NCBI GenBank assembly: GCA_049967475.1
Contig: JBMFSQ010000002.1
Location: 128,001 to 192,000, forward strand
DNA from: Chthonomonadales bacterium
Lineage (GTDB): Bacteria > Armatimonadota > Chthonomonadetes > Chthonomonadales > CAJBBX01
Reading direction: 5' to 3'
Length of the DNA: 64,000 nt
In this document: positions 18,435 to 27,686 of the stretch, one piece after another
How the letters are laid out: each line of letters starts with the position of its first letter
How positions within the stretch are numbered: the stretch's first letter is position 1
Position numbers and translations under genes: made by a program
Notes under the pieces: generated by a model
What the model was told of the DNA's origin: nothing
The model's input: only the letters and a program-made list of their open reading frames with translations
The model's database searches: none

Positions 18435-18649
18435 GAAAAAATCCGCTACCAGGTCGCCCTCGTTGGAGGAGGCACGGATGATGCGTTCCAGCAGTGGTTC
18501 AGGCTGCTGAGTTGGGAAGCCGACGTTCTCTTTGCCGCTATCCACGTGCCGGGCGCGCCAAACTGGGGCTGGGATTTTGCCTCCTTCGTAACCATAGGCC
18601 TTGCGTACTGACACACCACCTGCGCCGAGTCCATCACAATAGCCTGCCT

Positions 18650-18746
18650 GCCAAACGATCAAGGTCAGCCGCCGCGGAGGTCGCAAGAGCCATGAACCTG
18701 GTCAAGCTGTAATGCCCCCGCGGTCTGCCGCAGAGCCTAGTTCGAC
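18650..18746 (-). mobile_element. attC-like integron cassette recombination site
   Basis: Minus strand: R''-like GTCGAAC, arm TCTGCGGCAGACCGCGG, complementary arm CCGCGGCGGCTGA, R'-like GTTTGGC; 97 bp imperfect hairpin with unpaired bases, overlapping the 3' end of a short ORF. Confidence 0.6.
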
Positions 18747-18962
18747 CCCCTCCTCATACCACACCGAGATCAACCATAGCGAACCGGCCAAGCTGCCACC
18801 ACTTGCTGACTGTTTAATATCAACGACTTTTATTCCTGGGTTATTCCGGAGCCAGGCGTTGATCTCTGCCTCAAAACCATGCGCATTCTTTCCCGTAAGG
18901 CCAAATCCAAAAAAGAGGCCGGGTTTCATCGGTTCGTTTTTCCAGAACAGTTTCACCAACAT
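18702..18962 (-). CDS. Small hypothetical protein, probable integron gene-cassette ORF
   Basis: AAAGGGGG RBS before ATG 18962; visibly more AT-rich than neighbours; C-terminus (GVELGSAADRGGITA) is read through the attC-like site. Confidence 0.65.
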   Translation of the reverse strand: MLVKLFWKNEPMKPGLFFGFGLTGKNAHGFEAEINAWLRNNPGIKVVDIKQSASGGSLAGSLWLISVWYEEGVELGSAADRGGITA

Positions 18963-19332
18963 CGGTCGCACCCCCTTTCAGTTAGAGCGCTGGGATCCAG
19001 CTCTCGTTCCATTCGCTTCAATCTACCACCTTTAGCCCGCCGGTGAGTGGCCGGCATGAAACACCCGTGGGTATCCGTTCTAAGGGGGATGGTCTACGGG
19101 CAGGTCCACAATGCGCTAAAGGCGCGAAGGCGGTTTGGAGCGTTTGACGGGACGGCGGGCGCCGCACTTGCCCTCCCACGCCGGCTCATTCTTCAGGCGT
19201 GAAAGGGGATAGGGGAAAGGGGGTTATCGAATTTCCATGCGGGCTTCCTGCCGGTTTGGGTCACGGGCCTTATCCTCGCGTACGCGTGTCCCGCCCGTGC
19301 GACGCACCAACCGCCCACACACAATGCACCGG

Positions 19333-21831
19333 CTACATGCGGCGCTTCTTCTTGCGCGCTTTGGCCTTCTGGGCTTCCCGTGCTGTTGCGGCTGCCGATT
19401 GATCCGGAGGCACACCGTTTCCGCTCTCAACAGGCGCAGGGCCGCTTTGCGGGCGATCAGGCTGGGATCGGGCGGTCTGGGGTGCCGGACGGGGTTGTGT
19501 AACGGGCGCCGCAGATCGCGGGGTGAAGACGCGCGCGGGCGCACCGGCTCCGGCCATAGCCGGTGTGGCACCTGCGGTGCCGGTGAGCTGCTTCCACAGC
19601 ACCAGCAAGGGGCTCGCGTTGAAGATGGAAGAGTATGTTCCGCTCACCACGCCGATCAAAAGCGCCGCCACAAAAATGCGGATCACCGGCCCTCCCAAGA
19701 TGAGCAGCGCCAAGAGAGTGAGGATCACGGTACCGGACGTATTCACCGACCGCGCGAATGTCTGCTCGATGGAGCGATCAGTCACTTCCGCGAAGGTCTC
19801 CCCACGCAGGCGGTGGCGGAGGTTCTCACGGATGCGGTCGAAAATCACGATGGTGTCGTGGACCGAGAAGCCGATCACCGTGAGCATCGCCGTCACGAAG
19901 AGGCTGTCAATCTCCCAATTCATGAAATAGCCGAAGATGGCGAAGGCGCCCCAAAGAACCAGCACGTCATGGAGCAACGCAATGACGGCACACGTACCGA
20001 ATTTGAGGCCTTCCCAAAAGTTCGGGATAGAGAAGCGGAACGCCAGGTACAAGATGATGAGGCCCGAAGCGATCGCCACCGCATAAACGGCATGGCGGGT
20101 GAGTTCCGCACTGATTGTGCCGCTCACCTGCTGCGTCTCCACCACGGAGCCGCCTAGATCCTTCAGCGCAGTCACCACGCGGTCCTGCTCGGCGGGCTCC
20201 AGGCGCGGATCGCGGCCATGGCTCCGCACCGTCACGTAAGCTTGTTGGTTGCCCGCCGCCATGACCACCCGGGCATCGCGATAGCCTAGAGCCCCAATCG
20301 CCCTCTCGATGGAAGCCACGGTCTGGGGCCGGGTGAAGCTTACCGTAAGTTCTGTGCCCCCAGTAAATTCGATGGACCGTTTGATGCCGCCAAGCCCCCA
20401 GAAGATGAGGCCGGGGATGATAACCGCGCCGGACAGGCCGAACCAGAAGGCCATCCGCCGCGTAACCTGCAGCTTCGGGTGGAAGCCCCGGTTGAGGCCA
20501 TAGAGGGCATCGTTCTGGCCGACGGCCGTGCGCGCCACGAGCAGCAGAAACGTGCGGGAACAGGTAATCGCAGTGAACATGGACACGACCACGCCCAGCG
20601 CCAGCGTCACTGCGAAGCCGCGTACCTGCCCCGTGCCGAACTGATACAAAATCGCGCACGTGATGAGCGTACACACGTTAGAGTCAAAGATCGCGGAAAA
20701 TGCTCTGCGGAAACCTTCCTGGATCGCCGCTTTCATGGACCGGCCGGCCTTGCGCTCTTCCTTGAGGCGCTCGAAAATGAGGATGTTCGCGTCCACCGCC
20801 ATGCCGATGGAGAGGATGAACCCGGCGATGCCGGGGACCGTAAGCGTTACCGGGATCGCCTTGAAGAGGGCAAAGGTGAAGAGGGCATACAGGAGCAGAG
20901 CGATATCGGCAAGAAGGCCGGGGAGCTGGTAGAACACCAGCATGAACAAGAGCACCAGGGAGAGGCCCACGATGCCGGCAATCAGCGTCTGATGCACGGC
21001 TTGTGTGCCGAGGGTGGCTTCCACAGTGGTGAGTTGCAGCCGCTCAAGGGGCACCGGCAAAGCGCCTGCGTTGAGCTGGTTCGCCAGCGTCTTGGCTTGA
21101 TCTGCAGTGAAATTCCCCTCGATGATGCCTTTGCCGGGTATTACGTCGTTGATGCGGGGTGCGGAGATCAGCCGCTTGTCCAGGAAGATGGCCAAGGGTT
21201 TGCCGATGTGGGTCCGCGTGAACTCCTCAAAGATATGCTTGGCTTCATCTCGGAACTCAAACTGGATCACATATCCGCGCGTCTCCAGTTGGGGCGCCGC
21301 GTTGGGCTCCAGCTCTGAACCGTCCAAGATGGGCGGCTGGCTGAAGACCTTGTCGTCCAGTTCTTGCGGGGACACGGGCTTCCCATCTGAGCCCAAGATC
21401 ACCTCGTAGCCCGTGGGCTGCCCGTTCTTCATCTCGGGCTCATGGCGCCACTCCCCCGTCTCGAATTGAGGCACGTATCGGAATTCCAGCTTGGCCGTAG
21501 ACTGGATGACGTTGAGGGCTTCCTCGGGGTTCTTCAAGCCCGGCAGCTCTACCACCACACGGTCATCCCCCTGGGGGTAGACCACGGGCTCCGCTACGCC
21601 GAGTGCATCCACACGCCTCCGCATGATGTTGGCCACCGTCTCGAGCTTATCATGCGTCCAGACACCCTTCTTGCGCACGAATTCCGGATCGTTGGTCTTG
21701 GCGCGGAGCACTACACGCATGCCGCCCTGAATGTCCAGGCCTTTGCGCGTGGGCTTAGTGGCCACGACCCAGGCAGCCAGCGCCACAAGGCAGAGAATGA
21801 AGACGAAGAGGCGGGTTTCCGTATTCTTCAA
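19333..21831 (-). CDS. secDF: Fused protein translocase subunit SecDF
   Basis: GLDIQGG, RVDALGVAEP, AGALPVPL, GMAVDANILIFERLKEE, IEFTGG, IGFSVHDTIVIFDRIREN, GTYSSIFNA; TTG start with GGAAGGA RBS. Confidence 0.95.
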   Translation of the reverse strand: MKNTETRLFVFILCLVALAAWVVATKPTRKGLDIQGGMRVVLRAKTNDPEFVRKKGVWTHDKLETVANIMRRRVDALGVAEPVVYPQGDDRVVVELPGLKNPEEALNVIQSTAKLEFRYVPQFETGEWRHEPEMKNGQPTGYEVILGSDGKPVSPQELDDKVFSQPPILDGSELEPNAAPQLETRGYVIQFEFRDEAKHIFEEFTRTHIGKPLAIFLDKRLISAPRINDVIPGKGIIEGNFTADQAKTLANQLNAGALPVPLERLQLTTVEATLGTQAVHQTLIAGIVGLSLVLLFMLVFYQLPGLLADIALLLYALFTFALFKAIPVTLTVPGIAGFILSIGMAVDANILIFERLKEERKAGRSMKAAIQEGFRRAFSAIFDSNVCTLITCAILYQFGTGQVRGFAVTLALGVVVSMFTAITCSRTFLLLVARTAVGQNDALYGLNRGFHPKLQVTRRMAFWFGLSGAVIIPGLIFWGLGGIKRSIEFTGGTELTVSFTRPQTVASIERAIGALGYRDARVVMAAGNQQAYVTVRSHGRDPRLEPAEQDRVVTALKDLGGSVVETQQVSGTISAELTRHAVYAVAIASGLIILYLAFRFSIPNFWEGLKFGTCAVIALLHDVLVLWGAFAIFGYFMNWEIDSLFVTAMLTVIGFSVHDTIVIFDRIRENLRHRLRGETFAEVTDRSIEQTFARSVNTSGTVILTLLALLILGGPVIRIFVAALLIGVVSGTYSSIFNASPLLVLWKQLTGTAGATPAMAGAGAPARVFTPRSAAPVTQPRPAPQTARSQPDRPQSGPAPVESGNGVPPDQSAAATAREAQKAKARKKKRRM

Positions 21832-21904
21832 AGCCAGCGTGTCCTTCCGTAGGGAGGTGGGAGCCTTCAGAATGGAGCCCGAAGAGGCGGGCAAAGAGCA
21901 TTCT

Positions 21905-21934
21905 ATTATAGCCAATGGTCCCCGCCCCTGTAAA
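21905..21934 (-). promoter_or_regulatory. Putative sigma70 promoter for secDF
   Basis: Minus strand TTTACA-N18-TATAAT; a divergent TATAAT at 21982-21987 on + may serve the transglutaminase operon. Confidence 0.45.
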
Positions 21935-22028
21935 GCCGCATAGAGCCCGAGGAGGCGGCATCGAGCCGGCACAGTATCAAGTATAATAATTACGATGCAG
22001 GCGGATCGGGATCGCCTGGAGGAAGCCT

Positions 22029-23600
22029 TTGATCGCAAGTTGCGCACGCCGGCCCGCATTCCTGGCATTCGCAGCCTTGCTTGGCACGCCAGGCATGGGC
22101 TGTGCGATGGGAATGCCGATCCCCCAAGAAAGCTGGATCGGCATTTTCTTTAACGGCAACAAAATCGGTTATTCAAGTTCGCGGATTGCCGCTGCGAGGT
22201 ATCACGGCAAGCCGGCGTACCGCGTGCACGCCCATTCCGTAACGCAGATGGAAATGTTCGGCAACCGCGTGTCTCAAGATATCGTCCTTATTGGATATAC
22301 GGACCGGCATTTCGCGCCCCTTTACCAGCAATACCGCATTACCTCCAACGGCAGTACCCTGGTAATCGAAGCGGAGTATGGGCGTCGCTCCGTATCATGC
22401 ACCCTCCACTCAGGAAGCGGTGTGACGCGGAAGGTGCTGCCCATCCCGCCCGGGGCCAAACTCTTGAGTGACTCGCCGGACAGCGCCGCCTCGGGCCTGG
22501 GCGCGCCGGGCCGCAAGCAAATATTCTATTATCTCAACCCGCTCACCCTCGCCCTGGACCGTACCGTGGTGCAAGTGCTGGAAAACAAACGCGTGCTTTT
22601 GAACGGCCAAAACACCGGAGTGGTGCGCTACACCGCTACACTGCCCTTTGGAACCATGACGAGCTGGGTTACCCGAAGCGGCGAACTCCTTGCGGCGGAA
22701 CTGCCCATGGGCCTCACAATGTACCGCCTAAGCCGGGCTGCTGCTCTGGATCCCGCCACGCCCCAGCCCTATATCGCGCTTCCGGGCATGCCCAAGCAGG
22801 TTTCGGCGAAGTACACGCCCCCGAAGGACTTCGCCGTCGCAACAGCAGTATCCCCATCCACTCCCATCGAGGATCCGCGCGCCCTCCGCAGCATTACCCT
22901 GACAATCCATGGGATCGAGGACCCCAAGCTGGTGCTGAACGACGATCGGCAGCACGCGATACCAATCGGTAGGGGCACATACTCGGTTCAGGTGAATGCG
23001 CGCGAATTTCCTCCCGAACAGAGCGTGCGATTGCCGGTAACTAATCCCAAGCTGCGGGTCTATTTACTGAAGGCCCCCTATTTGGAAGTGGATAACCAGG
23101 CCATCATCCGGACGGCAAAGGAGGTGAAGAGCTACCACACCAACGCCTATGCAGTAGCGCAAGCCGTGCGCAGATGGGTGCACAACCGGATGCACCCCGA
23201 TTACACCATCGGTGTACCCCGCTCGTGTACGGATATTATCAAGCGCCCCCGCGGGGTGTGCAGGGACTACGCCACTCTTTTTGCAGCGGTTGCTCGGGCG
23301 GCAGGCATCCCCACCCGTATCGTGGCTGGTGTGGTCTACGCCGAGGGCAAGTTCTACTACCACGCCTGGGACGAGGTGTGGGTGGGGCAGTGGCTTCCAA
23401 TGGATGCCACTCTACCCACGGACTTTGTAGATGCCACACACATCAAGTTCACGGAAGGCGGCGTGCCGGAGATGTTTCGCATTGCCGGCATCATCGGCCG
23501 CCTCCGCATTGAAGTAGTGTCGGCCCAGCAGGGGCCGATGCAGCAAGGAGGCGCGGGACTTGTGCCCGCTTTACAGAAAGGAGGTGAGGTCTCCAAATGA
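22029..23600 (+). CDS. Exported transglutaminase-like domain protein
   Basis: Signal-peptide-like N-terminus; triad motifs GVCRDYA (Cys), YHAWDE (His), PMDAT (Asp). Confidence 0.85.
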   Translation: MIASCARRPAFLAFAALLGTPGMGCAMGMPIPQESWIGIFFNGNKIGYSSSRIAAARYHGKPAYRVHAHSVTQMEMFGNRVSQDIVLIGYTDRHFAPLYQQYRITSNGSTLVIEAEYGRRSVSCTLHSGSGVTRKVLPIPPGAKLLSDSPDSAASGLGAPGRKQIFYYLNPLTLALDRTVVQVLENKRVLLNGQNTGVVRYTATLPFGTMTSWVTRSGELLAAELPMGLTMYRLSRAAALDPATPQPYIALPGMPKQVSAKYTPPKDFAVATAVSPSTPIEDPRALRSITLTIHGIEDPKLVLNDDRQHAIPIGRGTYSVQVNAREFPPEQSVRLPVTNPKLRVYLLKAPYLEVDNQAIIRTAKEVKSYHTNAYAVAQAVRRWVHNRMHPDYTIGVPRSCTDIIKRPRGVCRDYATLFAAVARAAGIPTRIVAGVVYAEGKFYYHAWDEVWVGQWLPMDATLPTDFVDATHIKFTEGGVPEMFRIAGIIGRLRIEVVSAQQGPMQQGGAGLVPALQKGGEVSK

Positions 23601-24781
23601 GCATCCGCAGCTTCAAACAACTCTTCAGCGTGGTGTTTGCAATCATTCTAGCCAGCCTTATGTACAGCCTGGCGTACACCCTCCGCACCCTTACCGAAGG
23701 AGCGCCGCCTACCTCGCTCCCCGGCGTGTTCAACGATATGGCGCGCAACCAGCCCTTCTACTTCCAGTCCACGGCCTTCGCCTTTGCCGTGCTGGGACTG
23801 CTGGTGGGAACGATCGTGGGGCCGGCTATGGCCCAGTCGCTGGTGAATGCAGGCAATGCCATCGAAAAGATGTCTTCCCGCGACAAGATCGCCGTAGCAT
23901 TGGGAACCATCATCGGCACCGTGCTTACCCTGCCGTTCTTCCTTCTGCTCCTTCGGTGGCCGGTCCTGGGGATGCCTGTGGCGGCGCTGCTCTTTTTGGC
24001 CTTTGTTTACCTGGGCATTCGGGCCATGATGAGCATGAAGGATGAATTCCGCTTCATCGGCCCTGCCGCATCCATCGAGCCCGAGATGCCCGAAAACTCC
24101 ATGGAGCGCTGCAAAATCCTGGACACCAACGTGATTATAGACGGGCGCATCGCAGACGTGTGCCGGACGGGCTTCATTGAGGGACCCATTTACGTGCCCG
24201 GTTTCGTGCTGGATGAACTTCAGCACATTGCCGATTCCGCAGACTCCCTCAAGCGTGCCCGCGGCCGCCGCGGCCTGGATATCCTCAACCAGATGCAGAA
24301 AGAGCTTCCCCTGGTGGTGCGCACCTACGATTACAAACTCAATGAGGAACGCATCCCAGAAGAAGTGGATGCGCGCCTGGTCCGGCTGGCTAAGATCCTG
24401 GGCGGAAGCATCGTAACCAACGACTTCAACCTGAACAAGGTTGCAGCCCTGCAGGGAGTACCCGTCCTCAACGTGAATGAACTGGCCAATGCCCTCAAGC
24501 CCGTTGTGCTGCCAGGCGAAGAGATGCCGGTAACCATCATCCGCGAAGGGAAAGAACAGAACCAGGGCGTAGCTTACCTAGATGATGGTACCATGATTGT
24601 AGTGGAAGACGGCCGTCGCCGCATTGGGGACAGCCTGGACGTGGTCGTTACAAGCGTGTTGCAGACCGTAGCCGGTAAAATGATCTTCGCCCGTATCAAG
24701 GACGAAAACGGTGATGCCGATGAACCCCGGGAGAGTGGCCGCAGTCGTACCGGCGGCGGGCCTCGGTACAAGATTCGGTAG
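23597..24781 (+). CDS. Membrane PIN/TRAM domain protein (YacL family)
   Basis: About four TM helices, KILDTNVIIDGRI, RARGRRGLDIL, TNDFNLNKVA, GVAYLDDGTMIVVE, QTVAGKMIFA. Confidence 0.92.
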   Translation: MSIRSFKQLFSVVFAIILASLMYSLAYTLRTLTEGAPPTSLPGVFNDMARNQPFYFQSTAFAFAVLGLLVGTIVGPAMAQSLVNAGNAIEKMSSRDKIAVALGTIIGTVLTLPFFLLLLRWPVLGMPVAALLFLAFVYLGIRAMMSMKDEFRFIGPAASIEPEMPENSMERCKILDTNVIIDGRIADVCRTGFIEGPIYVPGFVLDELQHIADSADSLKRARGRRGLDILNQMQKELPLVVRTYDYKLNEERIPEEVDARLVRLAKILGGSIVTNDFNLNKVAALQGVPVLNVNELANALKPVVLPGEEMPVTIIREGKEQNQGVAYLDDGTMIVVEDGRRRIGDSLDVVVTSVLQTVAGKMIFARIKDENGDADEPRESGRSRTGGGPRYKIR

Positions 24782-25946
24782 CGCCGAGAACAAGATCTGG
24801 GCACCCATCGCCGGGAGACCCGTCATCGCATGGGCGCTTCACGCGCTCTGTAACGATCCCTCGGTGGGTCATGTGGTACTGGTAGGCAACCCGCGGGATC
24901 TGGACCGCCTGCGCCGAGAGTTCTCTCGCCTTCCGAAGATGGATGCAATCGTGGAAGGGGGAGACACGCGCGCGGCCTCCGTACGGAACGGACTGGCCGC
25001 CCTTCCTGCCGGCTGCGAGATTGTGCTCGTGCACGACGCCGCCCGGCCGGCCGCGTCCCCGGCGCTCATCAGGCGGGTTCTGGAGACGACAGCCGAACGA
25101 GGGGCCGCCGTTCCGGGCATCCCGGTGAGCGACACGCTCAAACGCACCCGCCATGACGGCGTCATAATGGAGACGGTGTCCCGCAGTGGCCTCTGGGCCG
25201 TTCAAACGCCCCAGGGGGCGCGCCTCGCGTGGCTCACCAGAGCCTTTGCTATGCTCGGTGCGGCTGCCGATGAGTACACCGATGAAGCCGGCGTGCTGGA
25301 GGCCGCGGGGTATGCGGTTCACATAGTACAGGGCGATGCCGATAACATCAAGATCACGGAACCCGCAGATATCGAGCGTGCAGCCCGCGTCCTCGCAGGT
25401 GAACGCGGCAAGGAGGCAGCCATGCACCGGATAGGGTTCGGCTACGACGTGCACCCCTTCGCGCCCGAGCGAAAACTCTGGTTGGGTGGAGCGGCCATAC
25501 CCTACGAGCTGGGTCTTGCGGGCCATTCCGATGCAGACGTCGTTCTCCACGCCGTGTGCGATGCCATATTGGGCGCGGCCGGGCTCGGGGATATCGGCCT
25601 CCTCTTCCCGGACACCGACGAGGCGAACCGCAACCGGCCGAGTTCCGAATTCATCCTGGAGGCCAAAACCCGCCTCGATGCCCTGGGATGGCAGGTGCAG
25701 AACGTGGACGTTACGCTTCTGGCCGAGGCGCCCCGCATCGCAGCGTACCGCCCCCAGATGGCGGAGCACATTGCCGCCCTCCTGGGCATCGCATCCGAAC
25801 GGGTGAACATTAAGGCCACCACATCCGAGGGGATGGGCTTCATCGGACGCAAGGAGGGCATCGCCTGCTATGCCGTAGCCCTAATCGCCCACACCCGTCC
25901 GGCCACCACTTCCCTGGGGCCGCCACCTGCAGCATCCAGTCCATAA
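24720..25946 (+). CDS. ispDF: Bifunctional IspD/IspF (MEP cytidylyltransferase / MEcPP synthase)
   Basis: PAAGLGTRF, VLVHDAARP, VQTPQ, NIKIT; then RIGFGYDVH, GHSDADV, GDIGLLFPD, KATTSEGMGFIGRKEGIA. Confidence 0.95.
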   Translation: MNPGRVAAVVPAAGLGTRFGSAENKIWAPIAGRPVIAWALHALCNDPSVGHVVLVGNPRDLDRLRREFSRLPKMDAIVEGGDTRAASVRNGLAALPAGCEIVLVHDAARPAASPALIRRVLETTAERGAAVPGIPVSDTLKRTRHDGVIMETVSRSGLWAVQTPQGARLAWLTRAFAMLGAAADEYTDEAGVLEAAGYAVHIVQGDADNIKITEPADIERAARVLAGERGKEAAMHRIGFGYDVHPFAPERKLWLGGAAIPYELGLAGHSDADVVLHAVCDAILGAAGLGDIGLLFPDTDEANRNRPSSEFILEAKTRLDALGWQVQNVDVTLLAEAPRIAAYRPQMAEHIAALLGIASERVNIKATTSEGMGFIGRKEGIACYAVALIAHTRPATTSLGPPPAASSP

Positions 25947-25972
25947 CCATCCACAGCGCAAGGAGACTTTCC

Positions 25973-26536
25973 ATGCAGATAACCGTCAAGAGCAAGGCAG
26001 GCGCCTTGCCCGACACCCTGCGTCGCCACGCCGAGAAGAAGCTGGCGAAGTTGCAACGGTACTTCCGATCCATCGAGAATGTAGAACTGGAACAGAGCGT
26101 AGAGCGCGGCCAACATGTGGTAGAGCTGTTGGTGGCAGGAGATGGGATCCTCTTGCGCAGCCAGGATCGGTGCGGCGATCCGCTCGCTGCCATAGACAAT
26201 GTTGTGGAAAAGATGGAAACGCAAGTGAAGCGGTTTAAGACGCGGGTGCGGCGGAGCCATCAGCGCCCCGGCGCGGTGAAGGAATTGGCGGCTGAACTTG
26301 CATCCGGTCTCCCCGCAATCGGAGGAGACGGGGAAGAGCAGGAGGAATTCGTGATGCCGCGCATCGTGCGCCGCAAGCGGTTTCCCATGAAGCCCATGCC
26401 CGCAGAAGAGGCCGCGCGTCAGATGGAACTGCTGGACCATGACTTCTTCGTCTTCATCAACGATGTGTCCGGCCAGGTGAATGTGCTGTACCGGCGCAAG
26501 GATGGCGGGTACGGCCTTATCGAGCCGGAAGCCTAG
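25973..26536 (+). CDS. hpf: Ribosome hibernation promoting factor, long form
   Basis: AEKKLAKLQRYF, AAIDNVVEKMETQVKRFK, KPMPAEEAARQMELLDHDFFVF, VLYRRKDGGYGLI. Confidence 0.93.
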   Translation: MQITVKSKAGALPDTLRRHAEKKLAKLQRYFRSIENVELEQSVERGQHVVELLVAGDGILLRSQDRCGDPLAAIDNVVEKMETQVKRFKTRVRRSHQRPGAVKELAAELASGLPAIGGDGEEQEEFVMPRIVRRKRFPMKPMPAEEAARQMELLDHDFFVFINDVSGQVNVLYRRKDGGYGLIEPEA

Positions 26537-26611
26537 GCAACGCAAGCCCATGCAGGCAAGCCACACCGGAATGCCTGCAAAAACAACGGATCACTTGGAG
26601 GAATACCCATA

Positions 26612-27646
26612 ATGCGAGTTGGCATCCTGACCGGGGGAGGAGACTGCCCTGGTCTGAACCCTGCCATACGGGGCTTCGTGATGCGGGCCCTGGATCATAA
26701 CTTTGAATGCATCGGCTTCCTCAACGGTTGGAAGGGATTGGTGGAAGGGACCCACCGCCCTCTCGGATTGGGGGACGTGGAGGACATCATTTCACAGGGC
26801 GGAACCATGCTGGGATCCTCCCGCACCAACCCCTTCAAGCCGGGCCGCGAGGCTGATCTCCAGAAGACACTGGACAATATAAAGGCGTCCCAATTGGACA
26901 CCGTAGTCGCTCTCGGAGGTGAGGACACGCTAGGGGTGGCTCACAAGCTCTACAAACTGGGCATCCCCACCGTAGGTGTTCCCAAGACCATGGACAATGA
27001 CCTGGACGCCACGGACTTCACCTTCGGCTTCGATAGCGCTGTGTCCGTCGCCACCGACGCGATTGACCGCCTACGGGACACAGCCCGCAGCCACAGCCGC
27101 GTGATTGTTGTTGAGGTCATGGGCCGCCATGCCGGATGGGTAGCCCTGTATGCGGGCATCGCGGGCGGCGCCGACTGGATCCTTCTTCCCGAGGTTCCGC
27201 TGAACCTCGACGAGATGTGCAGCCACCTGATGGCCATTCGCAATCGCGGCAAGAACTACGGCATCGTGGTGGCATCGGAAGGCGTAGAGCTTCCCGAAGA
27301 AGAGGAGGGTGAGGCCCGCGTGGACGCCTTTGGGCACAAGATCCTGGCTGAACGCGGCGTGGCAGATTATATCGCTAAGGAGGTGGAGACACGCACCGGC
27401 ATCGAGACGCGGGCAGCAGTGCTGGGCCATGTAGTGCGTGGAGGCGCTCCCTCGGTGTTCGACCGAGTGCTGGCTTCGCGCCTGGGCATCAAGGCAGCGG
27501 ACATGGTCAAGGCGGGTGAGTTCGGGAGGATGGCCTCCATCCAGGGCAACAAGATCGTGTCGGTGCCCCTCGAAGCAGCCGTGTCCAAGCTCAAGACGGT
27601 TCCTCTGGAGCTGTACGAGGAAGCCAAGGTCCTTTTCACCAAATGA
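26612..27646 (+). CDS. 6-phosphofructokinase, PPi-type signature
   Basis: TGGGDCPGLN, GGEDT (Asp at E. coli position 104), VPKTMDND (Lys at 124), EVMGRHAG. Confidence 0.9.
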   Translation: MRVGILTGGGDCPGLNPAIRGFVMRALDHNFECIGFLNGWKGLVEGTHRPLGLGDVEDIISQGGTMLGSSRTNPFKPGREADLQKTLDNIKASQLDTVVALGGEDTLGVAHKLYKLGIPTVGVPKTMDNDLDATDFTFGFDSAVSVATDAIDRLRDTARSHSRVIVVEVMGRHAGWVALYAGIAGGADWILLPEVPLNLDEMCSHLMAIRNRGKNYGIVVASEGVELPEEEEGEARVDAFGHKILAERGVADYIAKEVETRTGIETRAAVLGHVVRGGAPSVFDRVLASRLGIKAADMVKAGEFGRMASIQGNKIVSVPLEAAVSKLKTVPLELYEEAKVLFTK

Positions 27647-27686
27647 ATAGGGCAAGGGCATGCTGTCTCCCTGCAGCGGGTGTCCC

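Larger units (their letters stand above)
17763..18600 (-). pseudogene. Decayed DNA methyltransferase (beta/Mod-like) fragment interrupted by an intein remnant
   Basis: GFPTQQPEPLLERIIRASSNEGDLVADFF (typical YPTQKPEALLERII...GDLVADFF) and IGCDLGR*AIQTT (typical WIGCDLGRWAIHTT) with an in-frame TGA at 17784-17786; no N-terminal catalytic DPPY/F region visible. Confidence 0.8.

Noticed and set aside
18990..19330. Integrase, attI or transposon end upstream of the cassette ORF
   Set aside because: No credible ORF, terminal inverted repeat or target duplication was identified.
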